A DNA stretch of 64,000 nt, taken from Raillietiella orientalis. Lineage: Eukaryota. Positions within the stretch are counted from its first letter, which is position 1. Each line of letters starts with the position of its first letter. Location of the stretch: assembly GCA_036172245.1 (NCBI GenBank), contig JAYWIR010000095.1, positions 186,001 through 250,000 of the forward strand, in the 5' to 3' direction. The position numbers were made by a program, and so were the translations under genes. The notes below the pieces were generated by a model. The model was given only the letters and a program-made list of their open reading frames with translations, did not search any database and had not been told where the DNA came from. Shown here piece after piece: positions 13,300 to 26,869 of this stretch.

Positions 13300-16200
13300 A
13301 GACGCGCACATTTAACGCACACCGCACGACCGGTCGGAATCGAGATGATAACCCACTCCAATCGGAATCGACCGAGATTTGTGACCAATGGGGAAGGAGT
13401 GACGGGAAATCAAAAATGCTTCCCTGGATGGAGAGACGTCGATGAGTAGGGAAACGAGACTGCTTTCTGTTTCAACCCCGAGATTGAGGTATCAACGAGA
13501 AGACGCAGTTGCGGCCAGAAGCGAAGCTGGTCACCAAAGCGAGCAACGGCATACAGACGAATTGCAGCCCCTGGAGATCCTCCGGACCCGTGATTCGATA
13601 AAGTCGGATTCTTTCGTGTTACAGCATGATGCCCAAATTCGCCAGCGCCGCGTGCTAGCCCTGCACATGTTGGATGGATGAAAATTCTGAGCCAGCCGAG
13701 AGAGGCGAAGGAAAGGACTCCAAGTGCAATCAGCGGTCGCTGTGACGCTCGGAGGCTTCCCCCGATGTGCAGGACATCACTGGAGGCTGCGATCTTTTCC
13801 TGCCAGGCGTGCTGTGAGGAACGCCATGCCCTGAATGTTCTCCGTGAGGAAGAGAGGAAAAGACACTCTTCTGATTTGACAACTTGTCTCAAGGAAGGCT
13901 TCGATCCATCCTGCGTTAAGGTAGTGTCAAGTCCACGGTCATTCCGAAAACGCCCGGAACAAAGAAATTGAAGGGGGGAAGAGAGCTTAAATTCCCGACT
14001 GCAGGGAAACTGCACTTCCCGAAACTCATAGCCTTCGCTTCCATTGGAGACATGGTGAAGTCATGTGGATTGACTCCGTTTTCGGTCGCAGGTGCGAAAG
14101 CAACACGAACTTACTTGTTCGTGGGGATCGAACGGGCGACCATCCGATCTGCTCGCGTTCGCAGGGAAGGAATCTGCCGAGCAGGAGGAATCCACATCTC
14201 ATGAAGAGTTCACGTCGAGAGGCGGGCAACGCCAAAAAGGGTCTCTCTCGCGTAGCCTTGCTCATCTCCCATCACTTGGTGCTAATCATGGCTCAGGACA
14301 CAGGCTGGAAGAGTTGCTGGAAGCCTCCAGAAGCTCCAAGGAATCGTTTCAGCAATCCCGCAAGGCACCTGACCTTCTGCTTTCCTGGTTTCCACGAATT
14401 CTGGAAGCGACTTTTCGCCCGGACGGCACCCTGTGCGGACAGCTGCAGTTGTGCACTAATCCTGGATTCTACGTCCCGGAAAACAAGCACCTAAGCGGGA
14501 CGTGGCGGCCATCGAAGAAACGGATCGGCCGGGAACTCGAAAACCGCGTCTCTCTTCAAGGGGAGGTACGCGTTCCCAAGACGACGCATTCCAGAAACCT
14601 TTTCGCGGTGACCGGACATTTGCAGTCGAGTGGACGAAGCCTGGGAACGTGCTTGCACCGTGCTTGTCGATGAGAAGGAAGCGGAATCCCTATGCTTCGC
14701 GTCTAGGAAATGAGAAGATTTTCCAGACGAAGGGAGACGGAACCCTGCTGAACCTGGAAGGAAAGCAATTGGACAAGAATCAGGGAGAAGAATTCAGTGT
14801 GACGCTCGATGCGGCTGCTGTGTCGCGAACTGAATGTGCACGAACCACGGATTTTCATGAACTAACGATCCGCTCCATCGCCTTTCTTTCGCAGTGGGGG
14901 AAATTCTGGAGCACCTTCCTGTTCGCCATCAGGTGGCGACAGGTTTCCGCCTTCCAGTAGAAAGCGACCCACGAGCTTAGCACCCCGAAGAGCTTCCATT
15001 TGAGTTTTTCAGGGTGAAGTCGCGGCTACGAGCGCGCCCGCAGGCATTCGTTTGAGCACATCGCGTTCTGCCAGGGTCGAGCGGCACTTTGGCGAATCCC
15101 AACACCTACAATGGGGACAGGCTGGGGACCACCAGCCATGGCATAATGGGGGCAGGTTGTCGATGCTTCGGGATTCGCATGTCCGCGCAAGCGGCCGTCC
15201 ATCGCTCCGTTTGCTTAGAAATGCAAGATGCTCGATGGAACGATCCTTGATGAACGGATGGACAGTCATTAGGAGCCGGGTGCGCCAAGGTTCATTTCGG
15301 AGACTGAGCGCCTTGAACATGAGAAGAGCGCGGAAATCACTGCACCGTATGGAGGAAAAAGAAGAGTCTAAAGTGTTTTGTGGAGGCTCCGTCTTGGCGG
15401 GGTCAGCGACTATTCTCTGGTTTCGCGCCGACGAAATCAGTGCAAAAGAGGACTCCGCTTCAGGCATGGGGACTCGGGAGCTGAAAGAATTCGCGTTGGC
15501 GTTCAGATTCTTGTGTCCGAATCCTGCGCACTCCGTCGCCATCATCATCCTTGGTTCGCAGGACGTATCTTGTGATCGGAGAATCATCCATCGTTCGGAC
15601 TGCGGTGGTGGTCGCCGCCACCTTTGATCCGTGGAGACACTGGAGCTTTTTCCCTCGCGTGTGAAGTCTTGAACGTGGCTTCTTTCGACTAATCCATGCC
15701 GCCATCCCTCTCCTCCGCAACGGACCACAGCATTTTCGTCCAAACGAGTCCGAACGACGAGAAAGTCGATCGCGTTGGTTTGCTAGAAACGCCGTAATTG
15801 AAGACTCTGGTAATCAGGGAAAAAGGGAAAAGGCGGAACTTTTGCTTCACGTGAAGGAGGGCAGGCGTTTCAAACAAACAGCGCCGTGTGCGCTGTCCGC
15901 GGAGACGACGGTCGCCGTAAGAAGAGAGGCCTGTGTCCCTGGTAATGCAAATCGCCTTTCCGGTTTCCAAACGAATGTGGGAAGACAAACAAAGCGACGC
16001 CTGTGATACTTGGTGTCTACCGGCCCTCTCCGTCCGCTTTGGCTTCATGGGAGCGACTCTACTTGGAAGACGAGCGAAGGTGCGCACGGGGGGAGGGGGA
16101 AATCCATGCGAACGCGGGTGCGCAGACAGCAGTGCTGCTCCTGGAAAGGCGGTGATTCCTCGGAAGGAAGCAGGCTTGGCCATTTTTGTGGAGTTTCCGA

Positions 16201-16350
16201 CTGCCAGATGGGAGCTTTGCAAGAAACAGGCAACTGCTTCTTGGGGATTGACCGTTGCAAATGGGAGATTGCGGGAGGCAGCATTGGTTTTCCAGACAGC
16301 CCTTCCAAGCCTTCTTCCCGCCTGCCTTTCGCAACCCACAGCGACTGCGA
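13300..16350 (+). mobile_element. Highly decayed RTE-like LINE (possible AP-endonuclease end plus RT)
   Basis: LTIRSIAFLSQWGKF (about 14860; cf. NYR.ISLLS..GK), SRVRQGS and GGSVLAGSATILWFRADEI (15270-15440; cf. GVRQG and LRFADDI), SDACDTWCL (about 16000; cf. AFE.WC.RR), RLGHF (about 16175). Order is correct but identity is low; the 13.3-13.7 kb APE-like part is weak. Confidence 0.5.
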
Positions 16351-17399
16351 AGCGACGCATCTCCACGTGAGTGCCGAAGAATTCGCGCGACTGCCAAATG
16401 CCGCAAGACGTTTGACGTTTCTGGCTCTCATCCTCCGGCCCCAATTCTGGGACCCGTTCTTCATCTTTTGCGACGAGCTATGCCTCTGTAGCCTTTGTGC
16501 CGCTCCCAATCTAACGAATTTCGCTTTCCTTCGAATCTGGGCAGCTTTTTTTCATTCCCGGCATCTCGGCATGTTCTGGGAAAGGGCCGATTCCCGCCGG
16601 GTGAACCTTCAGCCCGTCCGCGATGCCGTCGCAGCGCTTTTCAAGCCAACGCGCATCGCCTCCTTTCCCCGTTCCCCTTTCTTGCGTATCATTTTTTAAT
16701 CGCAGCACTGCGCTATTCGGGATGAAGCCGATTTTACGTTGGGATTCATTGTGCTCGCGCGGCCACTGCAGTCACTCCCTTGCTCCACTCGACCTTCCGA
16801 GACAGCACGCGCGAGCGAGCTCAGTGCTCTGCTCTGCACAGTCTTTCGCTTCCTCCGATCATCCGCGGTAGGCAAAGGCTCCTCGCTTGCGTTCGTACCT
16901 CAATGAAGAGACATGCCACTCGCGCTCATTCATCTTCGGGATTGCATCTCTGTTCGGAAAACAAGGAATACCGCGAGGGGGGAATCAAAATGCCATCAGG
17001 GGATACGAGACGTGGGCTTCGGAGGCGAGTGCGCTCTGAAATTGCAGGCGCGAAGAAAAAAACCGCGCGCGCTCATCACAGATGGGTACGAAAGGAGTGA
17101 CCGACCAAGGTCGGAATGGCTTGGAAATAGGAGAGGTAGGCCGAATCGAATGAACTTTCGGTTTCGATGCTCCCGAAGCGACCTCACCAGAATACCGTAC
17201 TCCTTCTTCTGCACCCGGCGTCTCGGTAGCGGAACGCATTTCTCACGCTCCTTCTTCTTCTTCTCCATCCTCCCATCGCATCTTCGCAGAAGACGGTTCT
17301 CGAGTGCGCGACAAGGCGGATGATTTCATCCCCTCTGCCCTGAAGCGTAAAGCGAAGCTGGTCGAGAATCGCGAGCTGACCTCCCACGCTGAGGCGAAA

Positions 17400-18900
17400 G
17401 GGAAGAGGAAGGCGCGAGCAGGCTGGCGACAGGCGGCAGCGGAAGCTGGACGCGTAGCGGAAGAAATCATCTCGAGAGAGGTTGCACCACTCGCCAGCGC
17501 GGGAAATCGAAAACTTACGAGCAGTTTCTGTCTTCGGCATCAACAGTGTTGCGAAAACTGCTTCCGCTTTCCAGAGATGCCGAAACGTTCTTTGGCGATG
17601 CGCAAACACAACCGAAGGATCGAACGATTTCATGCTTGCCAGCTTGCTCTGGAAACGTTCCAATTGCTTTTCCGTAACGGCAAGACTGGGCATGATGCTG
17701 GGGTTTCATATATCACGAAACACCTCTCGATGCTTTTCTCCAGTTCCTCGCAAGCTGTTAAAGTGAAGCGTTCCGAGAAAGAAAGAAAGCAGAAAAAGCT
17801 GTGCGTCCAAGTGGTTGCGATGGACCGGTCGGCAGCGCGCACCTCCGCGAAGGCGGCTCAAAAGTTTTGCTCCAACTTTCCGTTTCATGCCTTCCCCTAC
17901 AGAAAAGACTGCTGCGCTGCCCTCTCGTGGAGCATTCGTTTGAGACACGCGGCCCACTTTCCACGTCGGCAAAGAACGAGTCGCTCGGATGCGTGTACAT
18001 CCATCCAGCTTCCGAGGTTAGCAGTCCAGAAGGTAGTTAGTTCTTCCCGTGTTCTGCAATCCGGACCGGTCCGTTTGAGCTCTACACGTGTGTAGGTAGG
18101 TTTCTTTTGTCGACGCAAAAGACCTGGATAGCCGGGGAGAGTGGCAGTTGCACCCGAACGGACGCCCTCTGACTCGACGTGCTCTGGGGTGTGGGACGCG
18201 AAGAAACGAAGGCATGCTTCGCGACCGCCATGGATGGACTGATAAATCCGAACCGTGGATCGCATCCCATTTTTCTTTCCTCCTTGCTGACTGTTTGCGA
18301 TCCGCATTCAGAAGAGTGCGTGGTGCGTCCTCATCCCGTTCGTACTCCTGTCTGTCTCCTCCCGGTCCACCTCCCACGATTTCGCAAGCACCGTCTTCGA
18401 TGAGCTTTCGCTTCGATTCGTTTCCGTCGGATCAAGCTCGACGCGCTCTTGCGTGCACGGATTCCTTCCTGGCACGGAAATGGCGCGATCCACCCGTGAC
18501 GAGAAGCCTTCCGCACCCGTTTTTCCAGCACTCCGGTGAGGTCGACATTCGAGATCCGGTGCTGGTTGCTCAACTTGCGGCTTCGCCCTGAGGAATGCGT
18601 GCCGCGAATTGTTTGCACGATCCCGTTGAAGATCGAAAGCTCTCCGACGATGTGGACGAGGCGGCCGAAGGCCACTGTCGGAACACGTGGGCCACACTTC
18701 TCTTTCCATGGATCCTTTGGACGGGGCTTGGCTGCATTTTGGTAGACACGGCCGGGAAAAACTCTTGGCGAGCGGTCGGCACTTTCGCGGGATTTCAGGT
18801 GGTGCATTCCTCTGCGAAAGAAAGGGTGCAAGGAAAACGGGGCCGATGGATGTCCGAAAATCCCACGAAGGCAACCTCACTTCTTTCCGCATTCGCCATT
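17400..18900 (-). mobile_element. Very decayed CR1/L2/jockey-like RT fragment
   Basis: Faint ordered resemblances: PRKCRPL (NYRPI), AFDLQR...HAFLRAK (DL.KAFD.V.H..LL.K), EGVRSG (GVPQG), KQLERFQSK (LE.VQ). Confidence 0.3.
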
Positions 18901-21900
18901 TCGAAACGGCTCCGTGACGTCACTTCGAGAGCACGAAACGTTGGTCAACGCGCAGCGTGTGCGAGAAGAAGCAACGGCGCCACGTGCCTCACCTACACGA
19001 TAGGCAAGCGTGGCCGTTTCGCCAGGAGACAGCGAGCAACCGCCGAAGAGTGGGAGACACGTCGTCCGGTTTGCGCATCAGCCAGCAGAAATCGTTGTAA
19101 ATGGCGAGTCGAAGTGACGAAAACTCCACGATTTGGACTCCGCAATCCTCTTGGACGAGCTTCCCTCTTTTTCAAGGAGCACGCCGTGGTCCCGGTCGAG
19201 ATAAAGCCTCTGTCCACTCTGCAGCGTCGCTCGATGGCAGCAGCCCTTTGCGTTGCTTCGCCCGCGTTCGCATTCCCTTCCAGTGCACCTGGATCGCGCC
19301 CTTCCGCAAGCGAATAGGGACTGCGGAACCCGATTCGCGTTCACGAAAGCAAAGTCGCAGCGCTGCCACCAAAGTCCATTTTCGGTCGCGCTGATCGTGC
19401 GGAGAGACTGCTGGGGTAAAGGGAAGCCACGTCTCCAGGAGGCTGAAAAGGGAACAAGCAGTTGGCTGCCTGCAGCCATCCGCGCATGCTGGCAAAGTAA
19501 TTTCTCTTGGAATCAGCGCGTTTGCCGCAGACACGTGCCCGTGCCTTCCACCGTTTCCCACTCGCACCGGCTCGACTGCCGACGAAGGTCGTCATGGTTG
19601 CGGAGAGAAATCATCGTTACTTCTGCTACCCTGAGTGCACCTCGGCGCTTTTCGCTGATTCATTGGTGGCTTTGCAGATCAGCGTCTTGTTTTCCGTGGC
19701 CTTTCATCTATCTTTTCAAGAAGTCCATCCATTTATTTCGGCATATTTTAAACGAGTGCCGCATCACATTTTGCATCATGAAGTTAATCGCAGTCCCGCG
19801 CTGTTATTTCCCTATCGGAGCGAAAGACAATCCTCTCGTTGCAACCTGCAGCCAGAGTCATTCGTTAACCCCTTTCGACATGTCCGTTACTGTTAACGCG
19901 TTCGTATGTATCCGAATGCGCCCCTACGTGTGCTGTAAGTAAGGCGCAAGTACAGGCACAAATCATTCCTCTATGATCCCGGATGACGGATCTTAATATA
20001 GGGAAATTTATCTTCTCGGGAAAGGAGAAAATCCTCTGTTTAACTGGTGTTTTGAAACAATCCAGATCTCGTACACATTTAATAAATCAGCAACACCAAT
20101 ACTCTTGCAAAGCACCTTTTCCGAAATGCATTATTCCCGTGATTTCTGGTTTCCGTTCCGATCCGACTCGCTCCGAGTACGGCAGACAACTGGCAACGAA
20201 AAGTCCTTTCCAAGCTCGGATACGTGTGCGACCGTTGCGGAGCAGAATGCAGGAGGCGTCGGCCCCCGACCGAGGGGGCCGCGTGTTTCGCTCTTGCTTT
20301 TTCGGCTGAGCAATGGGCGTGCTTTGCTCTTCTCGGCCACCGAGCGATGCTTTTCGCCGAGCCGAACGATGGCAGGAAGTGGTCACGTGCTTACTCTCCC
20401 TCCCAGTACGGCCGAAGCGCGCCAACGCACCTACTGCACATTTCTCAGCAAGGAACGCCTTCCGGACGGAGCTCTTGGGGAGCGGCGCTCCGCGTGTCCA
20501 TCGTGCACGCCTTTCGCTTCTCGTCCGACCACGGTTGTCAAAGAAGCTGCCGGAAAGAGCACACGCTGCGCTTCCGTGACGCTGCTGCCTGTCGTCGAGC
20601 GGCTAGCAGGCCGACGATCGAGACACCGAAAGCAAAGCATCCGAAGACTGGCAAAACGAAACTAAAGACTGCACTTCAAACGAAACCATTTGACGGGGTC
20701 ATTCTTGGCTCGCGCGTGCTCTCATGCTTCGTGCAAGAAGTTGGCGAGCGCCCGGTCGCTCTTTCGAGCGCTGCCTCTCTCACCCGAACCGCCTCGTCAG
20801 TGCCGCTTTCGGATTGCCATTTGCGCTACCTAATTGCGTAGGCGACGGATCCGGTTCGGATCGCCTCCGCTGGTCAACGACGTCTGACGTCACATGGAAA
20901 CCGAAGAGGAACTCCTGAAAGTGAAAGGGTGCTTCCAGGGGCGCGAGTCGGAGCAGAATTGGCATTCGCTTCCACTTTTCCTTCGTTTGCATCTATCCGC
21001 GAAACGGCTCTGGATTGCCTAGGAAAAACGGAGCAACATCCGTTTCCATAGGAACATCGGACGTGCGCCGCCGATTTGCCAGACGCGTTGATCTTGGAAA
21101 GTAGTAGCGCGCATTTCCCTCCTCGTTCCTTTCGAAGGGCTACGAAAAAGGGTGGACGCTGGCTTGCACGCTCCGCTCTCCGAACGCCAGTCGCGCAGGC
21201 GCCCTCTGCCTCGCTCTTGCAGCCACTTCGAAACACTGTGCTTTCTGGGAATGGCAGCGTTCCTCTTGGCAACCCACCTCTGCACGCTACCACCGATCCG
21301 AAGCGGGTCGCTGGACAGACGAAACGTCGCACGCTTCTGGGGCCCAACAGGTAAGGGTGAGTCAGCAAGATAAACAGTTGCTGCCAGAAGTGTTTACTAC
21401 ATGGGAGCCTCCGATTCGGGCAAGCTCAGCCCGGAGCCCGAATCCAGGAGCAGGTGGTTCTTCCATCCGCCGCATGCGCAGCGGTGCTTCAGCTGAGTTG
21501 GCCTCGCAGAGGGGCGAGCGCAAGAACGCAAAAAGCCATCGCTCGGGAGTCCACTGAAGCACACGATGGAAAAAGGCGTCCCGGCTTCTCGCTCTACCAT
21601 CCTCTCCAGCATCTTCCTCGTGCCGCACTCCTCTATTGTCATCCCTCGCGACTGGAGGCATGACAGATTGCAAGTCTTTGTGAACAGCACGCGTCCGACA
21701 ACAAGGAGCAACGTGAATTCGACTCATCTTCCGTGGGAGGCGAGTGGGAGGCGAGCAAATTAGATGCCGAATGGGAAGATGCGCGCGTCCATGCAACGAG
21801 GCGCTCGCCTGGATGACTTGCCCATGCTGGCGTTTCACGAGATTGCACTTTGCGTTTCGATAGGAAGGTTTAGCGCTGAGGTTCCTCGAAGGATAGATCG

Positions 21901-22349
21901 GGTTCTTTCCGGGATTCCGGTGGCACTCGCGTAGCAGAAGGCAAGCATTCGGTGCGGATTGAGTCTTCCTCGTCGCAGAGATTTACGCTTGATGTCCAGC
22001 TGCAAACTCCCGGTTCCCTGAAGCCAAGACTCTTTAGAAAGGAGAGGAGGTGTGGTCGACTGGCTCCCATCTCCATGAGAAACACACCAACCATCACTTG
22101 TGGCAGCTTCTCATGCTTTGAAGGAGCTCCGTATCTTGGAAAAGGCATTGATGGAGGCGGCGACAAACGACGCGACAGACGGAACCGCGTCGGCTGCTCA
22201 AAATCAGACGTAAAGACACACAAGAGCCGCCTCTAGTTCTTCGTTCGCTTTCGTTACGAGCGGCACCTCCATCGCATGGAAGAGCAAATTCTTCTGGGCT
22301 CCTGTCGGTTCACGTGAGACGGTGATTCTCCAGCTCCCAGTCGCTTCGA

Positions 22350-23500
22350 ACCAAACTGATAGCCTTCTGTGAGACACCCTGTCGGACTCCGTACTTTTCT
22401 AGCGGTTCTCCAGGAAAGGGTTTGCGAGGCGGCAACGCCGTTTGATGCCATCGCTCTTGGCGATAGGTGTGCCAATCTGATCTGCTAAAGCCTGGAGCAT
22501 TTCGCCGATTTGCTCTCGTTTGACGCGATTCTCGTCGATGCAAAAGCACGACGTGTCCAGAAAAAAGAAGGAACGCCTCCTCAACGAGGAATGACGCATG
22601 TCACGAGGCCGTCGTCATGCATTGCACGTCTTCCAGCACGTCTTTTGGGAACCGCTGGCGTCCGTAACGATGTTTTGTGCTTGCACTCGCCGGTATCGCT
22701 TCCTGAAGACTCATCCCGAGCTGATCGGGTTGCCGCAAAACCCAATCTTCTCCTTGGAGTTCACTTTCTCTCCACAGCTTCATTCTTTCCGACTGCATGG
22801 CGAAAGCAACGATCGACGTGCTGAAGACTGCTTGGCCATAGGTAACCGTGGATACCATGCCTACGACGGACTCTCTGGCCGCGAACGCATCGTGAACCTG
22901 GCGGACGCAAGTAGCTGGGCCACTACCTGGGAGTTATCGGGACACTGTGGCGCGCAGTCTTGCTGGACAGAGATCGTGCGAGATCAGTGAGCCGGCAAGA
23001 GGAGAAGCGTCGACGTGCTGGTGTGCGCGCGCGTATTGCCGCAAGGCTGCGCTTCGGATGTTGGGCGCTCAAAACGTTTCCCATGAGAGGAACCGCAGAT
23101 GTGTATGAATCCGTGTTCAGCGAATGACGTGCTATGGATGGTGCGCGTAGTGCTGGCCTGGGGAGCGCGGAACCGAAAGGCGTTGCTCCCAAGGGAAAGG
23201 GAGCACGAAGGAACCCCGCATCCTGTTTCCTGGCAAATCACAAGAATGCTCCTTGCGAAAAACCAAGAATTGCCTACGGCCTGTTCCAGGAGCTCCCAAT
23301 ACGTCATTCAAATCATGACATCGCCCGACGATGGCCATGCATGTTGGTGCATCGTTTGCTTTCCCTCCATGGATGCTCATGTTCGCCTGCTTGCACTTCC
23401 AGACCTGGTCTTTTCCAGCGGTCTGAAAATGCGTGCCCGCACGCTTCGCTGCCGTGCTTGTCATGCATCTCGTCTGGTGACGCCGTTTCTGGTGCGACGG
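22350..23500 (+). mobile_element. Very decayed LINE RT fragment (CR1/L2-like?)
   Basis: GLPQNPIFSLEF (GVPQGS.L.P.LF-like, about 22730), RAED (YADD-like, about 22820), KPRIAYG (RP.LEY-like, about 23265). Confidence 0.25.
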
Positions 23501-26500
23501 AACGTACCCTTGACGAAGGACTTTTGTTTTGGTCTGGATCCCTCAGCCCCCACACGACGGCTGCTCGAACTCTGGCACTGTCGTTGTCATGCGGCTAGCA
23601 GCCCTTCCTCCGGATACTTCCTCGTTCGGAAAGGTTCCCGTTTTGCCTTTCATCCAGAGCGTTGTCTCTGGTGTATGCCGCGATATGTACTGGCTCCCTC
23701 CGGTTTCCCTACCAGTCGTTTTGCTGTGTTTTGTCCTGCTTTCTCTTGTCGTTCTGGCTCGCGCGATTTATGCGTAACGGGGACGTCGCAAAAGCATCTC
23801 TGCGAGTTGTCCTGCAAGCGCACTGGGCTGCTGAGCAAAGAACCTCGCTGAGCAGGAAGGAAGTCAAAGAGGGACCCGAGCAACGGCGCAGTGCACCCGC
23901 TTGGTTCCGAAAAACGATGCTGCGGACGACCAGCGACCACGGTGCATCGATGTGGTGCTAGACGAGGGAAATGCTGCTTCGGATGATCGGCTTCCACGAT
24001 TCGGGCCGGAAGAGAGACGGGTGGAAGAGAAGGTGGACAGAAGAGAGGAATGAGCATGCACGGAGTCGCCTTCGAGAAGCAACGGATGCAAATGGTCAAA
24101 GAAAGCTCTCTTGCAGCCCCATCGCCTCCGGCTTCGCTTCTTGCGCCACGTGTTTCGTGCATGTACGTTCGAAAGAGCGGAGGTCCACGCAATGAGCGCC
24201 TGGCAGTGGAAGTGTGAATGCCTCTGCAACGAGCAACGGAAACGAAAACCGCATGGGGGGATTCACCATGGTGACGTGGCGCGCTGCCCGGCACGACGCA
24301 GGACTCGATTCAAGTGCTTCGAGCAGCTGGAGCGAACAAAACTCACAGGATCAAGAGGTTTGGGATCGATCCCTTGAATTTACCTGAAGCAGGCACCGAG
24401 TCGGTGCTGCTGCGTGTCTTGGAACGAAAATCAGTTTCAAGAGGTCGTTTGCTTGCGCTCTGCCGTAGCATTCCGAAGAAATGAATGTCGGGTGCGAATC
24501 CAGGAAACTGTAAGGAAAGCTGGCTGGGTCTCACACTGGGTGCGTGCGCGAATGGGGGACGCAAGAAGCAAGTTGGAGAGAGAGCGACTTGCGCTGAAAC
24601 TCTTTGCCACTTCGGAGTTCCAAGTTCGTGACCGTTCTTCAGCTGTTCTTCTGATGGATCGGTACACGTGAAGCCACGTTGCGAGCAGCGACTCCCGCGG
24701 CTTTCTGCGACACGTCCATGTTGTGAAGAAACAGTGCTCTCGAGCAACGGCTTTTCTTCCGTCGTTTGGGAGACGAAGGAAAGCAAAATTGCAGACAGGA
24801 AATCGTGCGCTCTTTGCGAGAAGAAATCGCTGGTGGTCGGGCAGAAGAGGCCGGCCTCGCAGCTGACCTTGAGTTGGGAAATGGGAAGAAGCAGGTTGTC
24901 CGGTGGTTTTGGATCGAATGCGAATGGTCTGCTGTGCTGCTACTGCACGCTGCTCAGGTCAATCGTGATGCGCGAGCTGTGCTCACCGCGGACGGAAATA
25001 CGTGGTGGGAGCGGAGGTTGGCAACTGAGCATGGAAGGAGACAGGAGGCGGTCATGTTGCCCTCGTTGCTGAGGAAGGAAAAGATGGCAAGTAGAGCCTG
25101 AGAGCGTGGCTCGCAGGCTGGACGTTCTCCTCCTTGGGGAAATTGATGGCCGCGGCGCCCCTGGCACGTGTGGCTGCCGTCATGCTACGGGCACCGAGGA
25201 TGGCGGTATTCTCTGGATGAGTACTTGGGAAATTCAGTTCGGCTCCCTGGCGCTGCGGTCGTCGGAGTCGCAGCGCTTCGCGCGAATCTCGAAGCCTCGG
25301 AAGAACTGCGCGCATTCCCGGAAAGTTCTGCAGGACGCCGGAGTTCCGGTAAAATTCAATCCCATTCACAGTGATGGGTGCGGGCGTCTCCCATCTCTGT
25401 GTGGTGCCTTGCCATCCGTTTCCTCAGCATCACCCCTTTCTCTTGGACGACGCAGGAGCGCATCTTCCTTGGTACTCCACCTGAGGGCATTCTTCGGAAA
25501 GGGTGCAGGGAGCACGGCTGCGCTCGGCAAGCAACGAACTCTTCCGTCCCAGGAACGCGAACAACGGAGTGGTTGCTTCCTCGGCGCACTTGGCTCCTCT
25601 GAGCGGATGATGAACGACTTCCCTGCTTTTTGCATCAGAGATCAATCGATCGAAAGAATTCCAGAGACCGGTAGATAGATTTTTCGTGAATATCGCTGCG
25701 CATTCTCGAATGACCCTCTTTTGGTGCTTGCAAAACGTGCACAAGTGCGCCTCGAGTCGAGTGGTGTCTGCTGCTTCCCGTTCGGTGTTGCAGCCCCCTT
25801 TGTGAACCCCGAAGTGCATCGATCCCTCTCCTGAACCCCGAATTTTCAAGGGGGAAAGAACATCTTCCACAGGATCCATTATCTGTTTCCATGAATTTTC
25901 GATTCCGTTCTTCCGAAGCCTGCTGCATCACTGGGAAAAAAAATTTCGGGAAGCATCTGGAATCTCCTGCCACCGAGTTCTCGACCTTCTCGTACGTGCG
26001 CATTTTCCATCCCTCTCCATCATCTGGTGGATCTGCGCGAGTCTTTCTGGGAACAGTCGCAATTCACAATCGGCATCCCGAGTGCGCTTCTCGTGGTGCT
26101 TCGTGCTTGTCCCCAAGCACGAGAGTCTCCGTTTTGTTGGCTCCTCCCTCATCCTTTGGCCGCGCATTTTCCAAACTCCAGGAAAGAAGGTTGCATGCAA
26201 CAAGGGCTTTCGCTGATCTGCAGCGTTGCGACGGTCTACCGAGCCGGCTGCACGCCTTCTGCTTCCCTATGCCAGAAACAATTCTGGAGTCGCATTGCTC
26301 TCTCCCTGTCCCAGAGAAATGCGAAAGTTTCCACGGTGGGCGCTCCGCTTCAATCTCCCGAAAGAACTGGCAAGCATCCTCGACGAAACCACGAAGGTCA
26401 CATGGCATTCGCGAAGATCGGTTAGTCAGTGGCCTTTAGGCGATCAGTGAGGAGTCAGCAGACACGAATCCCACTAGGAAACGGCACCAGTGGCGATTGC

Positions 26501-26869
26501 GGCTGTGCAACCCGAGGCTAACGCTTGGCCAGCTCGTGCTGGTGAGGGACGCGTTTACGAACGTTCCGGTCCAACGAAGCTGCTGGATGCGAACGTTCTT
26601 ACCTTTCGTTGAAGACGAAGACTCCAAGACTTTGTTTGTGCGTGCATTCGGCGTGCAGGAAGCGCGACGGGAGAATCAGGAATCCTTTGGTTGACACCCG
26701 GTTGCGGCGGAGCGTTCGTTTCCACAAAAATAAACATACAAGTCAGCGGCAGGACGCTTGGTCCTGTCACGTTCCACGTGTTACATGTATGCAAAAGGGA
26801 ACCGGTCGAGAACCGGCACGCGGGTCGGCGCGGATTGCCCCGGTCGAAGAGAGGAAGGGGAAACCACGA

